A stretch of DNA of 64,000 bases from Acidobacteriota bacterium (lineage in GTDB: Bacteria; Acidobacteriota; Thermoanaerobaculia; Multivoradales; UBA5704), in the NCBI GenBank assembly GCA_040005235.1, contig JBDTZG010000005.1, positions 1 through 64,000 of the forward strand. Direction: 5' to 3'. The first letter of the stretch is position 1; every line of letters begins with the position of its first letter. Shown here piece after piece: positions 18,178 to 27,917 of the stretch. Both the position numbers and the translations under genes were made by a program. The notes beneath the pieces were generated by a model that had not been told where the DNA came from, made no database searches, and worked only from the letters and a program-made list of their open reading frames with translations.

Positions 18178-19164
18178 ATGAGCAAACTGAACCTCTATCG
18201 CCAACTGGCGCGGCCCTTCACGCTGCTGCCGCCGCTGCTCGGCATCGTCTCCGGCGCGATCTGCGCGTTTGGCTCGATTCACAACCCGGATCCGAGCCGG
18301 CAGGTCACCCTGTCGGTGATTCTGACGATCGCCCTCGGTTCGCTCTGCGCCAGCCTGATGAACGCGGCGTCGAACGCGATCAACCAGATCTACGACCTGG
18401 AGATCGACCGGCTGAACAAACCGGACCGGCCGCTGGTGACCGGCGCGCTGTCGATCCGCGAGGCGTGGAAGTTCACCTGGGTGCTCTACGCGTTCGCGCT
18501 CTTTCCCACCTGGCTCGTCGTCCCCTACCCGTACGTCACTTGGGGAGAGAAGCTGCACGCGCCGGTCGGGGCGCACGTGGTGTTCTTCATTTACCTGCTC
18601 GGCCTGGTGTTTACCTTCGTCTATTCCGCACCGTCGCTCGGGAGGACGAAAGTTCGCGGCATGGCGGCGAATTTCACCATGGCGATCCCGCGCGGCTTCC
18701 TGCTCAAGGCGGCGGGCTGGGGAATGGTGGCGCCGGTCGCTTCGACCGAGCCCTGGTTCATCGGCCTCGCGTTCTTCCTATTCCTGATTTTTGCCGCCTC
18801 GACCAAAGACTTCGCCGACATCGAAGGGGACCTCGCAGGCGGCTGCCGGACGCTGCCGATCGTCTACGGGGTGAAGCGCGCGGCCTGGATGATCAGCCCC
18901 TCGTTCGTGCTGCCGTGGATTCTGCTGCCGCTCGGCGCGCATCTTCGCGATCCGAACGAACCGGGGCACGCGATCCTTACGGGCAACCCCACGCTGCTGA
19001 TCGCCTTGGGCGCAATCCTCATGCTTTGGGGCGCGTACACGGTCTATCTCCTGGTGCGCGATCCCGATTCGCTCACCGCGACCGAGAACCACCCGTCCTG
19101 GAAGCACATGTACCTCATGATGATGTTCGCCCAGGTGGGTTTCGCCCTGGCGTATATTCTCTAG
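18178..19164 (+). CDS. UbiA family prenyltransferase (DGGGP synthase/HPT-like motifs)
   Basis: NAINQIYDLEIDRLNKPDRPL and KDFADIEGD aspartate-rich motifs, YSAP; multi-TM. Confidence 0.9.
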   Translation: MSKLNLYRQLARPFTLLPPLLGIVSGAICAFGSIHNPDPSRQVTLSVILTIALGSLCASLMNAASNAINQIYDLEIDRLNKPDRPLVTGALSIREAWKFTWVLYAFALFPTWLVVPYPYVTWGEKLHAPVGAHVVFFIYLLGLVFTFVYSAPSLGRTKVRGMAANFTMAIPRGFLLKAAGWGMVAPVASTEPWFIGLAFFLFLIFAASTKDFADIEGDLAGGCRTLPIVYGVKRAAWMISPSFVLPWILLPLGAHLRDPNEPGHAILTGNPTLLIALGAILMLWGAYTVYLLVRDPDSLTATENHPSWKHMYLMMMFAQVGFALAYIL

Positions 19165-19204
19165 AGGGGCTCTGAAAGGGGCTTTCCGGAAAGGACGCCG
19201 AGCG

Positions 19205-19759
19205 ATGACCGAAATCCACTACGAGCACGACCTGGACGAGCACGCCGACGAGCGCGAAGAAGAGGCGCAAAAGGCTCTCGCGGGCGATGCCGAGATTCCC
19301 GCGCCGAAGCTGCTCGGTTTCTACGATCGCCTGAGGCAGCGGATCTTGAAGGCGGTGGAGCGGCGCGGCAACAAGTTGTCCGCCGACGCGGTCCGCGCGC
19401 TGATCCTGGTGCCTGACGTCTTCATGCTGCTGGTCCGCCTGTCGCTCGACAAGGAGGTCCCGGGCAAGACGCGCGCTTTGATCGGCGGTGCGCTCGCCTA
19501 TTTCATCCTGCCGTTCGACCTGCTGCCTGAGGCGATCTTGGGCGGCGTCGGGTTCATGGACGACCTGATTCTCGCCGTCGCGGTCCTGTCTCAAGCGTTC
19601 GGCGGCGAGCTGGAGCCCTACGCCCGCCGCCACTGGAGCGGCTCGGAGGATCTCCACAAGGTTTTGAACGACATCTCTTCCGTGGCGCACTCGCTGCTGG
19701 GCGACACGTTGTATCAAAGGCTGGAACGCCTGCTCGGCCGGCGCGGCGTGAAGATGTAG
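19205..19759 (+). CDS. YkvA/DUF1232 family protein
   Basis: ALAYFILPFDLLPE..G.VGFMDD motif. Confidence 0.88.
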   Translation: MTEIHYEHDLDEHADEREEEAQKALAGDAEIPAPKLLGFYDRLRQRILKAVERRGNKLSADAVRALILVPDVFMLLVRLSLDKEVPGKTRALIGGALAYFILPFDLLPEAILGGVGFMDDLILAVAVLSQAFGGELEPYARRHWSGSEDLHKVLNDISSVAHSLLGDTLYQRLERLLGRRGVKM

Positions 19760-19809
19760 GGGCGGCCTGACGACCGAACCAGGGGCGGCCCCACGGGGAC
19801 CGCCCCCAC
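19756..19809. repeat. Degenerate GTAG-type REP doublet between convergent genes
   Basis: GTAGGGGCGGCC ... GGGGCGGCCCCACGGGGACCGCCCCCAC. Confidence 0.5.
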
Positions 19810-19834
19810 TGGCGTTGAGTTTTTCCCGAACCGC

Positions 19835-20359
19835 TTACTTGCCCGGCATCTCGGCGGGGTCGCCGTGGTGGCCATGCGGGCCGAAGTGCATCTCCTTCTG
19901 GAGCGACTCGAATTTCTCCTTCTGCTCGGAGGTCAAGAGCGCCTGAAACTGCGTGTGGAAGTCGGCGTGCGCGGCCTCGGCCTTCTGGCGCATCTGGTAG
20001 GCCTGGATCGAGAGAGAGCCGACTTCGGCGGCCGGAGCGTTGCTCTTGAGCGCCTGATCGAGCTGATCCTGGATCCGCATCATGTCGGCGTGCATCGGCT
20101 CGACGGTCGCCTTCATCTTGGTTTCGATCTCTTTGGCCGAGGCCTTTTGATCGTCCGTGAGGTCGAGCGCTTTGGCGAGGTGGTCGACCATCGAGGGCAT
20201 GTCCTTGCCGTCGTGCATCTTCGCGGAGTCCGGACCGGGGCCGCCGCAGCCGTGACCGCCGTGATGACTGAAACCGCGATGGCCGAAACCGCCGGCATGC
20301 GCCAGGGCGAGCGGCACGATCAACAGGCCGGCGGCGAGAAAGTAGATCCAACGTTTCAT
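19835..20359 (-). CDS. Spy/CpxP family periplasmic protein
   Basis: Signal peptide, His/Gly-rich N-region, LDLTDDQ and LLTSEQKEK LTxxQ motifs. Confidence 0.88.
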   Translation of the reverse strand: MKRWIYFLAAGLLIVPLALAHAGGFGHRGFSHHGGHGCGGPGPDSAKMHDGKDMPSMVDHLAKALDLTDDQKASAKEIETKMKATVEPMHADMMRIQDQLDQALKSNAPAAEVGSLSIQAYQMRQKAEAAHADFHTQFQALLTSEQKEKFESLQKEMHFGPHGHHGDPAEMPGK

Positions 20360-20646
20360 GGTGTTTCTCCTGGAGTCGGTTCAAGAGCGCCCACCGCGCG
20401 CGGCGCCTCCCGTCGGAGGTCATCCTAGACCACGCGGAACGGAGACTCTTCAAGTTGAAGTCAAGCTTAGGTAAAGAATGTAAGGCCGACCCCCTTGAAC
20501 ACGGCGGGCGAGAGGACTAGAGTCAGCGGTCCATTCGTTGCTCTCGAACGAAGTCTGCGGGGTGTCGTATCGGCAAGCGGGCGGCTTTCCTGACGGTACC
20601 GGGTCTGACGGCTCTGGGCCTGGCGGCTCTGGGTCTCGGTGCGACG

Positions 20647-21309
20647 GTGCTCTGCCCGCCGCTCGCCGCGGCTCCGCCGCGGCGTTCTTTGCCCTCGCTC
20701 CGCCCGGCCGGCTCGGGAGATGTCCGGATCGGCCTCGCCGGCACCGGACGGCGGGTCATCTTCAACGAGAGCGTCGTGCAGCACGCCCGTCGCTTCGCCA
20801 CCGAGCTGGTCGCCGTGCCGGACCGACAGCTGGAACCGCTGATCGAGGTCCACGCCCGCGCCCAGAGTCTCGACCCGAAGCTGGTCGAAGCGGTGATCCA
20901 AGTCGAATCCGGATACAACGCCGCGGCGCTGTCGAACAAAGGGGCGATCGGCCTGATGCAGCTGATGCCCGACACCGCCCGACTGCTCGACGTGCTCGAC
21001 CCCTACGACCCGGTCCAGAACCTGCGCGGCGGCGTCACCTATCTGAGGAACCTGATCGACCGGTTCTCGGGCCAGGTGGAGTACGCCCTGGCGGCCTACA
21101 ACGCCGGGCCGGGCGCGGTCGAGAAGCACGGCGGTATTCCCCCCTATCCGGAGACCCGGGAATACGTCCGGCGCGTGCTGTCGCTCTACCGCGGCGATGC
21201 GACGCTTCGGGTACCCCCCGCCGGGATCGCCGCCTACCCGGGACGCAAGACCTTCGTCGTCGAGCGCCCGGGCAAACGCCCGCTGATCACGACCGCGATT
21301 CCCCGCTGA
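20647..21309 (+). CDS. Lytic transglycosylase (SLT domain); true start probably further upstream
   Basis: AVIQVESG, GAIGLMQLMP, ALAAYNAG, ETREYV; frame open upstream with signal-like sequence but no canonical start. Confidence 0.9.
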   Translation: MLCPPLAAAPPRRSLPSLRPAGSGDVRIGLAGTGRRVIFNESVVQHARRFATELVAVPDRQLEPLIEVHARAQSLDPKLVEAVIQVESGYNAAALSNKGAIGLMQLMPDTARLLDVLDPYDPVQNLRGGVTYLRNLIDRFSGQVEYALAAYNAGPGAVEKHGGIPPYPETREYVRRVLSLYRGDATLRVPPAGIAAYPGRKTFVVERPGKRPLITTAIPR

Positions 21310-21321
21310 TCCCGCGCTGAT

Positions 21322-21672
21322 CTACTGCACCGGCACCCGGCCGGGGAAGCCGTCCTCGTAAGTGTGGAAGTAGCGCAGGCCGTCCTCCGGATAGCGCCAG
21401 GAGTAGTAGCCGGCGCCGTTGTCCCAATCGACCCGCCAGAGACCCTGGACCACGCAGCCGAACGCGATCACCCGTTCGGCCCAGCTTTGCACCACCCGGT
21501 CGCAGGCCGCCTCGATTTCCTCTTTGCGGCGCTCCATCTCGTCGCGGCTCTGGATTCGGTTGATGATCGCTTCGACCTGGCGGAAGGCGATGTCGGTCAC
21601 GTCGCGGACGTGGGGGAACGTATCGACCGCTTCGTCGTAGGAGAACATCCGTTTGGGCAAGGAGGGCGGCAT
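21322..21672 (-). CDS. DUF2203 family protein
   Basis: FSYDEA..P, GLWRVDW, YYSWRYPE, YFHTYEDGFPGR. Confidence 0.8.
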   Translation of the reverse strand: MPPSLPKRMFSYDEAVDTFPHVRDVTDIAFRQVEAIINRIQSRDEMERRKEEIEAACDRVVQSWAERVIAFGCVVQGLWRVDWDNGAGYYSWRYPEDGLRYFHTYEDGFPGRVPVQ

Positions 21673-21737
21673 GGGGCGGGATTGTACAACCCGCCGACGA
21701 GCGCACAGCGCTGTCCGCGCAGTAGAATCCGCGTCCC

Positions 21738-22295
21738 ATGAACGAAGGATCGCGTGGCCACATCGAAGTCATCACCGGGGGGATGTTCTCCGGCAAGAGC
21801 GAGGAGCTGGTGCGGCGGCTGCGCCGCGCGGTGATCGCCCGCCAGCGGATCCAGGTGTTCAAGCCGGGGGCCGACACCCGCTACGAGCCGGAGCGCTTGG
21901 TCACCCGGGACAAACGGGAGCTGCAGGCGGAGTGCGTGCCGGACAGCGCGGAGCTGCGCCGCCGCCTGGCGCTCGGGGTGCAGGTGGTGGGCATCGACGA
22001 GGCGCAGTTTTTCGATCTCGGGCTGGTCGACCGGGTCGACGAGCTGGCGGACGCCGGAGTCCGGGTGATCGTCGCGGGTCTCGATCTCGATTTCGAGCGC
22101 CGGCCGTTCGGACCGATGCCGCAGATCCTCGCGCTCGCCGAGTACGTCGACAAGATGCACGCCGTCTGCATCCGCTGCGGCGCCCCCGCCCACTACAGCC
22201 AACGCATCGCGGGAGGGGATTCCCAGCTTCAGGTGGGAGACATCGAATCCTACGAGGCCCGGTGCCGCCGCTGCTACGAAGTCTTTACCCCGTAG
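21738..22295 (+). CDS. tdk: Thymidine kinase
   Basis: GGMFSGKSEEL, IDEAQFF, VAGLD, CxxC...YEARCRRC. Confidence 0.96.
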   Translation: MNEGSRGHIEVITGGMFSGKSEELVRRLRRAVIARQRIQVFKPGADTRYEPERLVTRDKRELQAECVPDSAELRRRLALGVQVVGIDEAQFFDLGLVDRVDELADAGVRVIVAGLDLDFERRPFGPMPQILALAEYVDKMHAVCIRCGAPAHYSQRIAGGDSQLQVGDIESYEARCRRCYEVFTP

Positions 22296-22334
22296 AAGGC
22301 GAAGGAAGCGTAGGACGCCGACCCGCCGCCCTAT

Positions 22335-22631
22335 TCAGGTGTGGATCAACTCCAGCCGCGCGAGGACGACCAGCAGCGTGGGGATCAGGTTGGTGTTGAT
22401 GATGTCGTGCAGGCTCGCCTGCCAGCCGAAGCCGTCGCGCAGGTCGAAGTACTCCATCACCAGCGAGAGCACGAGCCCGGGGACCAGCGCCCAGAGGGAG
22501 GAGAGCTTGCGCCGGAACAGAAGCAGGGCGACCAGCAAGCAGAGGATGCCGATGTAGACGTGGATCGCGTCCTTGGTGAGCGGCAAGACCGACATCCAGG
22601 CGAGCTTCCACAGTTGGTAATCCGACTTCAT
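22335..22631 (-). CDS. Small hypothetical membrane protein
   Basis: KDAIHVYIG, three hydrophobic segments, DIINT. Confidence 0.7.
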   Translation of the reverse strand: MKSDYQLWKLAWMSVLPLTKDAIHVYIGILCLLVALLLFRRKLSSLWALVPGLVLSLVMEYFDLRDGFGWQASLHDIINTNLIPTLLVVLARLELIHT

Positions 22632-22651
22632 CTGTTGGAGCTTACCAGGCT

Positions 22652-23473
22652 CTACAGCCGGCGGTGTTTCGCGACCGGGATCGCCTGGCGGATGCGGGCG
22701 ACCCGTTCGAGGTCGATCTCGGCGAGCGCGAAGCCCGGCCCGTCGGAAACCGACGCGATCACCTGGCCCCAGGGGTCGATGATCATCGAGTGCCCCCAGC
22801 TCTCTTTGAGCCCGCCGTCGTCATGCTTGCCGACCTGGGCCGGGGCGAGCACGTAGCATTGGTTTTCGATCGCGCGGGCGCGCAGCAAAGTTTCCCAGTG
22901 GTCCTTGCCGGTCGCGAGCGTGAACGCCGAAGGAACCGTCAAAATCTCGGCGCCGTTCTTGGTGAGCGCCCGGTAGAGCTCGGGGAAGCGCAGGTCGTAG
23001 CAGATCGACAGACCGAGCGTGCCGAACGGCGTCTTGGCGATCGCCAGCTCGTCGCCCGCCTCGCAGGTGTCGGACTCGGAGAACTTGACGCCGCCTGGAA
23101 TGTCCACGTCGAACAGGTGGATCTTCCGATAGCTCTTGAGGATCTTGCCGTTGGGGCCGAACAGGACGCTCGTATTGGCGCACTTTTTCGCCGGGAACGG
23201 CGAAGCGCCCTCGCTCCGTTCGTTGTAGGAGCCGAGCAACAGGTGGATCTTGAGCTTTTTGGCGAGGGCGCCATACCGTTTAGGGGTCGATCCCCAGAGG
23301 GGGTCGGCGAGTTGTACCTTTTCGGCGTGCGGTCCGAGGTAATTCGTACACTCGGGCGTCGCGACGAATTGAGCTCCGGCTGCTGCCGCCCGGCGGATCA
23401 GCTCGCTGGCGTTCTGCCAGTTGTCCTCCTCGTCGGAGGTCGAGGTCATCTGGACGACGCCGGCAAGGATCAT
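22652..23473 (-). CDS. Carbon-nitrogen hydrolase, Nit1/deaminated glutathione amidase-like
   Basis: TPE, YRKIHLFDV, SICYDLRFPE, TGKDHW..LLRARAIENQ, GHSMIIDPWG. Confidence 0.93.
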   Translation of the reverse strand: MILAGVVQMTSTSDEEDNWQNASELIRRAAAAGAQFVATPECTNYLGPHAEKVQLADPLWGSTPKRYGALAKKLKIHLLLGSYNERSEGASPFPAKKCANTSVLFGPNGKILKSYRKIHLFDVDIPGGVKFSESDTCEAGDELAIAKTPFGTLGLSICYDLRFPELYRALTKNGAEILTVPSAFTLATGKDHWETLLRARAIENQCYVLAPAQVGKHDDGGLKESWGHSMIIDPWGQVIASVSDGPGFALAEIDLERVARIRQAIPVAKHRRL

Positions 23474-23516
23474 GCGCCGCTTTCTAACACAGCTCGAAGG
23501 TTATGCTCACTCCATC

Positions 23517-23918
23517 GTGCCCCGATCGCCCCAGAAGAATTCTTCGCGCAAGCCGATCCGGCTCTCCGGCGCCGTGGCGGTCGCCCGCATTCTCGCGACG
23601 GTCGAGCTGATCCCGGAAGGGCGGGTGGCAACCTACGGCCAGATCGCCTTCCTCGCCGGTCTGCCGGGGCACGCGCGCCAGGTCGGCTTCGCCCTCCGCG
23701 GCCTGCCCGAGGGGAGCACCGTCCCCTGGCAGCGGGTGGTCAACGCTCAAGGGGAGATCAGCTCGCGCGACGACCCGGCGTGGGAAGGTTTCCAGCGTCA
23801 CCTGCTGGAAGAGGAAGGGGTCCGCTTCGAAGCGAAGGGCGAGCACGGCCGGATCGATCTGGATCGTTTCGCCTGGGACCCGGACCCGGGCATTCGGCCC
23901 GCCCCAAAAAGACGGTGA
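23517..23918 (+). CDS. Alkyltransferase-like (ATL/MGMT family) DNA-damage binding protein
   Basis: IPEGRVATYGQIA, ARQVG, PWQRV (Trp replaces the catalytic Cys of PCHRV). Confidence 0.88.
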   Translation: MPRSPQKNSSRKPIRLSGAVAVARILATVELIPEGRVATYGQIAFLAGLPGHARQVGFALRGLPEGSTVPWQRVVNAQGEISSRDDPAWEGFQRHLLEEEGVRFEAKGEHGRIDLDRFAWDPDPGIRPAPKRR

Positions 23919-24034
23919 CCGGCGGAATGGGCGGGTTTCGGCTCGCCTTTAGCCCCTTAGTCCCCCTCTGGCCCGTTGCTGCGCACAGAAGGTATACAGG
24001 AGCCCCGCGCTCCTCCATCGACCGGAGGTGTATT

Positions 24035-26467
24035 TTGAAGGACTGTAGAACTGTTGTTTTGCCTAGGATTTCATTTATGCGTGCCGTTTTGCTGCTCTCG
24101 ATCCTGATGCCCCTCGGGGCGGCCGGCGCCGAGGAAACGCCGTCGTCGGGCCTCGCGGCCCCGGCATCGATCAACCTCGGGGTTGGCGGGTTCTGGAAGC
24201 CGGTGGGTGCCGCGCCCGCCTTCTTTGGGCAGTCCGAGAACCTGGAGGACGACGATCCGGTGTCCGGCGCGATCCATACCGTCGCGGCCCATCCGACCAA
24301 CGCGAAGGTCCTCTACGCCGGAGCGGTCAACGGCGGTATCTGGCGAACCCTCAACGCGGATTCGCCGACCCCGAGTTGGAGGCGCTTGACCGACGACCAA
24401 AACTCCAACTCGATCGGCGCGCTCGAATTCGATCCGACCGACCCGGTCCATCTGACCTTGGTGGCCGGTATCGGCAGCTGGAGCAACTTCGCCAATAGCG
24501 GGGGCCGGGCCACGGGACTTTTGCGGACCACCAACGCCGGCATCACCTGGACGCCGATCGAAGGCGGCGGCGTCCTGATCGATAAAAACGTCTCCGGCGT
24601 CGCGGTGCGCGGTTCGACGATCGTGGTGGCGGTCGATCGTTCGGCGCAGTTCACTTTCGCGACGATCGGCATCTTTCGTTCGACCAACGGAGGGGCGACG
24701 TTCACTCAAATATCCAACGGCAACGGGAGCGCCACCGGCTTGCCGGGCGGCCCCTCTTACGACCTGGTGGGTGATCCTCTACGGCCGAACCGTCTGTTCA
24801 CCAATGTCGATTTCGCCAACATACTTGGCGGGGTGAACGGGATTTATCGCAGCGACGACACCGGCGCCACTTGGACCCGGGTGAGTAGCCCGGCGATGAA
24901 TACCTTGCTCACGGGGAACATCTTCAACGTCGAGCTCGCCGTCGGCCGTCACAACAACGTGTATTGCGCAATGGTCGATGACACCATGATCGCCGGCGCC
25001 CTCTTCGCGGTGTTTCGCTCCGGAGACGGCGGCACGACTTGGACGCGGATGGATCTTCCCTCCACTCCGGACGGCGGCATCCATCCAGGACATCAGGGGT
25101 TCAACAACTTATCGATCGTGGCCGATCCGACGAATGCGAACCTCGTCTACATTGGCGGCGATCGCCAACCGTACCGGAACGAGCCGCTCGGCGGACCGAT
25201 CCAGTGGCCCAATTCGATCGGCGCCAACAATTTCACGGGCCGCCTGTTCCGCGGCGACGCGAGCAAGCCGGCCGGTGGTCAATGGGTGCATCTGACCCAC
25301 TCGAAAACCCTGGGCGCGCCGGGTGGCGGCACCGCTCACAACACCGCGCCGCATGCCGATTCGCGCGAGATGGTTTTCGACGCGGCCGGCAACCTGATCG
25401 AGACCGATGACGGCGGCATCTACAAGCGGACCCGCCCGCAGAACAACACGGGGGATTGGTTTTCCATGGTCGGCGACATGCAAGTCGGCGAGTACCACGA
25501 CGCCGCGTTCGACGCGAACAGCGAGACGCTGACCGCGGGCTCGCAGGACAACGGCTTTCAATACCAGCTTGCAGCCGACGATGACGACTGGTCGCTTCTC
25601 CTCCAGGGCGACGGAGGGGACGTTGCGACCGACGACACGACGATTCCCGGCGTTTCGATCCGCTATGGCAGCATGCAGAATTTCGAACGCTTTGTGCGGA
25701 CGTTTTGGGATGCCGACAACAACTTCCTCGCGTTCGACGAACCGGCGCACACCCCGCTCGGCGGTGGGGCCCCGGTGGTGGGTAGCCCCGTCACTCCTGT
25801 GGAGCTCAACGGGGTCGATCCGACCCGCTTGGTCATCGCCGCGGCGAACTCCTTCTACGAGTCGTTCGACCAGGGCGATACGGTCACCGAAATCGCCCCC
25901 GGTCTGGGCGTGAACCACATCCAGGGGCGCGTTCCTCTCGCTCCGGTCGCCTACGGTGCGGGAACCAACGTCGCCGCGCTCTACGTCGGTTCGGATGACC
26001 GTCTCTACGTGCGAACGGCGCCGCACCCCGCGCCCCTGCTCCAATCTCTCGCCTTCCCGGGCACGGGCAGCGGCCGATCGCTCGTCGATATCGCGCTCGA
26101 TCCGGACAATGCAAGCGCCGTGTTCGTGGCCGACGTGGGGAGGGTCTTCACCTCGCGCAACGCAGGATCGTCCTGGAACGACATCACGGGCAACCTCACC
26201 GCGCTGGGCGCCGGAAGACTGCAGACCCTGGTCTACCTCAAGACCCGGCTGGGCGATGGGCTCGTGGTCGGCTCGCAGACCGGCGCCTGGATCGCCTCCA
26301 AGCTCACCGGCTTTTCGCAGTGGTACCCGCTCGGGAAGGGTCTGCCGACTGTCCCGGTGTTCGACCTCGATTATGACATCGGCGCAGATCGTCTGATCGC
26401 CGCCACCTTGGGACGCGCGGCTTGGACACTCGACCAGGTAAAGGTCGCGGTCCTGCTTGCCCGTTGA
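24035..26467 (+). CDS. Secreted BNR/Asp-box repeat beta-propeller protein
   Basis: Repeated SxDxGxTW (RSTNGGATF, RSDDTGATW, RSGDGGTTW, SFDQGDT); GGAGG then TTG; signal peptide. Confidence 0.85.
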   Translation: MKDCRTVVLPRISFMRAVLLLSILMPLGAAGAEETPSSGLAAPASINLGVGGFWKPVGAAPAFFGQSENLEDDDPVSGAIHTVAAHPTNAKVLYAGAVNGGIWRTLNADSPTPSWRRLTDDQNSNSIGALEFDPTDPVHLTLVAGIGSWSNFANSGGRATGLLRTTNAGITWTPIEGGGVLIDKNVSGVAVRGSTIVVAVDRSAQFTFATIGIFRSTNGGATFTQISNGNGSATGLPGGPSYDLVGDPLRPNRLFTNVDFANILGGVNGIYRSDDTGATWTRVSSPAMNTLLTGNIFNVELAVGRHNNVYCAMVDDTMIAGALFAVFRSGDGGTTWTRMDLPSTPDGGIHPGHQGFNNLSIVADPTNANLVYIGGDRQPYRNEPLGGPIQWPNSIGANNFTGRLFRGDASKPAGGQWVHLTHSKTLGAPGGGTAHNTAPHADSREMVFDAAGNLIETDDGGIYKRTRPQNNTGDWFSMVGDMQVGEYHDAAFDANSETLTAGSQDNGFQYQLAADDDDWSLLLQGDGGDVATDDTTIPGVSIRYGSMQNFERFVRTFWDADNNFLAFDEPAHTPLGGGAPVVGSPVTPVELNGVDPTRLVIAAANSFYESFDQGDTVTEIAPGLGVNHIQGRVPLAPVAYGAGTNVAALYVGSDDRLYVRTAPHPAPLLQSLAFPGTGSGRSLVDIALDPDNASAVFVADVGRVFTSRNAGSSWNDITGNLTALGAGRLQTLVYLKTRLGDGLVVGSQTGAWIASKLTGFSQWYPLGKGLPTVPVFDLDYDIGADRLIAATLGRAAWTLDQVKVAVLLAR

Positions 26468-26498
26468 CTTCAGGATTCCGCTCGTGGGAGATCTCGCC

Positions 26499-27533
26499 AT
26501 GCCAGTCCCTTCCTGCCGTCCTCGATTCACCCTGCCGCTCGCCGCGGTGGGGTTTGCTTTCTTGATCGCCGCCGCGCCGGTTCCCGTGCGGGCCTCTCAA
26601 GTGTTGGGCGACGGCGCGGTGGTCGATTCCATCCGGGGCATCGCCTACCTAGCCCAACCTCAAGGAGGGATCGAGGCGCTCGATCTTTCGACCGGCCAAG
26701 CGGTTTGGCGCAGCGCCGCCGCGGCCAAGCCGCTCGCCCTGGCCGGGGGAACCGGCGAAGCACTGCTCGCCCAAATGGAGCCGGGCACCGGTGGCGTGCT
26801 TCGCATCGCGACGCTCGATCCTCGAACCGGCGCGGAAAAAGGGCGGGGCGAATTGGCCCTGCCTGCCGGCCTTTGGGCGAGCGTCACCGACAACTTGCGG
26901 GGTACTTTTCGCCTTCGCGCTGCGGCGGTCCACGACGGCGGTTCTATCCTCCTCGCCTGGACGGCTACGGCCGCTGCGCCGCTGCATGGCTTCGTGCCAC
27001 CGGACCTCTCCTTGCGGGTTCCGATCGGCGCTGCTGTTGCCGCTCCCACCCCTGCCGCCAAGGTCGGAGGGTTCGAGCGCGGCGCCGCCCGGCTCGACCC
27101 GGTGACCGGGCGCATCACCCCGGTGGCCGATTCCGAGGTCGTGGCTCTCGCTGCCGCGATCGATCGGGGCCTCGCGCCGGGCGGAGCGGCCGAGGTGGCG
27201 GGCGCCTCGGGGCCCTCCGGGTTCGCCTCGATCGACGGCCGTCACGCGCTCACCAGTGAGCGGGTCGCCGGGTCGCTACATACCTACCGCTGGTCGATCT
27301 CCGTTCGCCAGACCGGCTCCGTTCTCGCCGTGCTCGACGTTCCGGTATCGTTCGCGCCGTTCGTGGTCGTTGGCGGGAAGGTCATCTACCTAGCCCAGCC
27401 CTCCCTGCGGCGTGAGAACGGCGTGACGATCGGCCAACCGCTCCGCCTGCGGGCGCTCGACCTCCAAACCGGGGCGGAAAGCTGGCAGGCGGTGGTGCGC
27501 GATTCCGCCTATCGCGGGCCGATCCCTCCGTAG
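26499..27533 (+). CDS. Secreted hypothetical protein with PQQ-like propeller repeats
   Basis: Signal peptide VRA-S; ALDLSTGQAVW and ALDLQTGAESW repeats. Confidence 0.75.
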   Translation: MPVPSCRPRFTLPLAAVGFAFLIAAAPVPVRASQVLGDGAVVDSIRGIAYLAQPQGGIEALDLSTGQAVWRSAAAAKPLALAGGTGEALLAQMEPGTGGVLRIATLDPRTGAEKGRGELALPAGLWASVTDNLRGTFRLRAAAVHDGGSILLAWTATAAAPLHGFVPPDLSLRVPIGAAVAAPTPAAKVGGFERGAARLDPVTGRITPVADSEVVALAAAIDRGLAPGGAAEVAGASGPSGFASIDGRHALTSERVAGSLHTYRWSISVRQTGSVLAVLDVPVSFAPFVVVGGKVIYLAQPSLRRENGVTIGQPLRLRALDLQTGAESWQAVVRDSAYRGPIPP

Positions 27534-27653
27534 TCGGATTTTTCGCGGGGCGCTCCGAGCGGGCGCCTCGCAACCGCGAACCTCCGTACGGGTGGTCAGC
27601 GCCAACGGCAGTTGATCCGCTGCCCGAAGATGCAGCTGACTTGGCGCCAAGAT

Positions 27654-27917
27654 TCAAGCGTCGGCAGGCGCAGACGGCGGCTCTGGTAGATCCGAATCCG
27701 GGTTGTCGAGCATGTACGAGAGCTCGGCGGCCATCCGCGAGACTTCCTGCCGGACCTCGCCTGCGAGGATGCACAGCCTCTCTTCCGTCGGGTCGAGCGG
27801 CATGTAGCTCGGGGTCCGTTCTAGGTCGCCGAGCCGTTCTTCAATCCCTCGCAAAATGTCTTCGGCCATCCGCATCTTCCGGTGAACGCTGTCTAGATAC
27901 GTTGGTCTCGAGCTCAT
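27654..27917 (-). CDS. Small helical hypothetical protein
   Basis: GGAGG RBS before ATG; amphipathic helices. Confidence 0.55.
   Translation of the reverse strand: MSSRPTYLDSVHRKMRMAEDILRGIEERLGDLERTPSYMPLDPTEERLCILAGEVRQEVSRMAAELSYMLDNPDSDLPEPPSAPADA

Noticed and set aside
22664-24034. N-terminal extension of the BNR protein (1267 aa), and likewise 8585-9808 of the S9 peptidase
   Set aside because: Extensions overlap genuine genes (opposite strand or another frame); RBS and signal peptides mark the later starts
27590-27650. Possible HDV-like ribozyme or pseudoknot (GTCAGC/GCTGAC, GCCAA/TTGGC, GGCAG/CTGCC)
   Set aside because: Helix order and loop lengths do not fit the HDV topology; short GC-rich pairings are expected by chance
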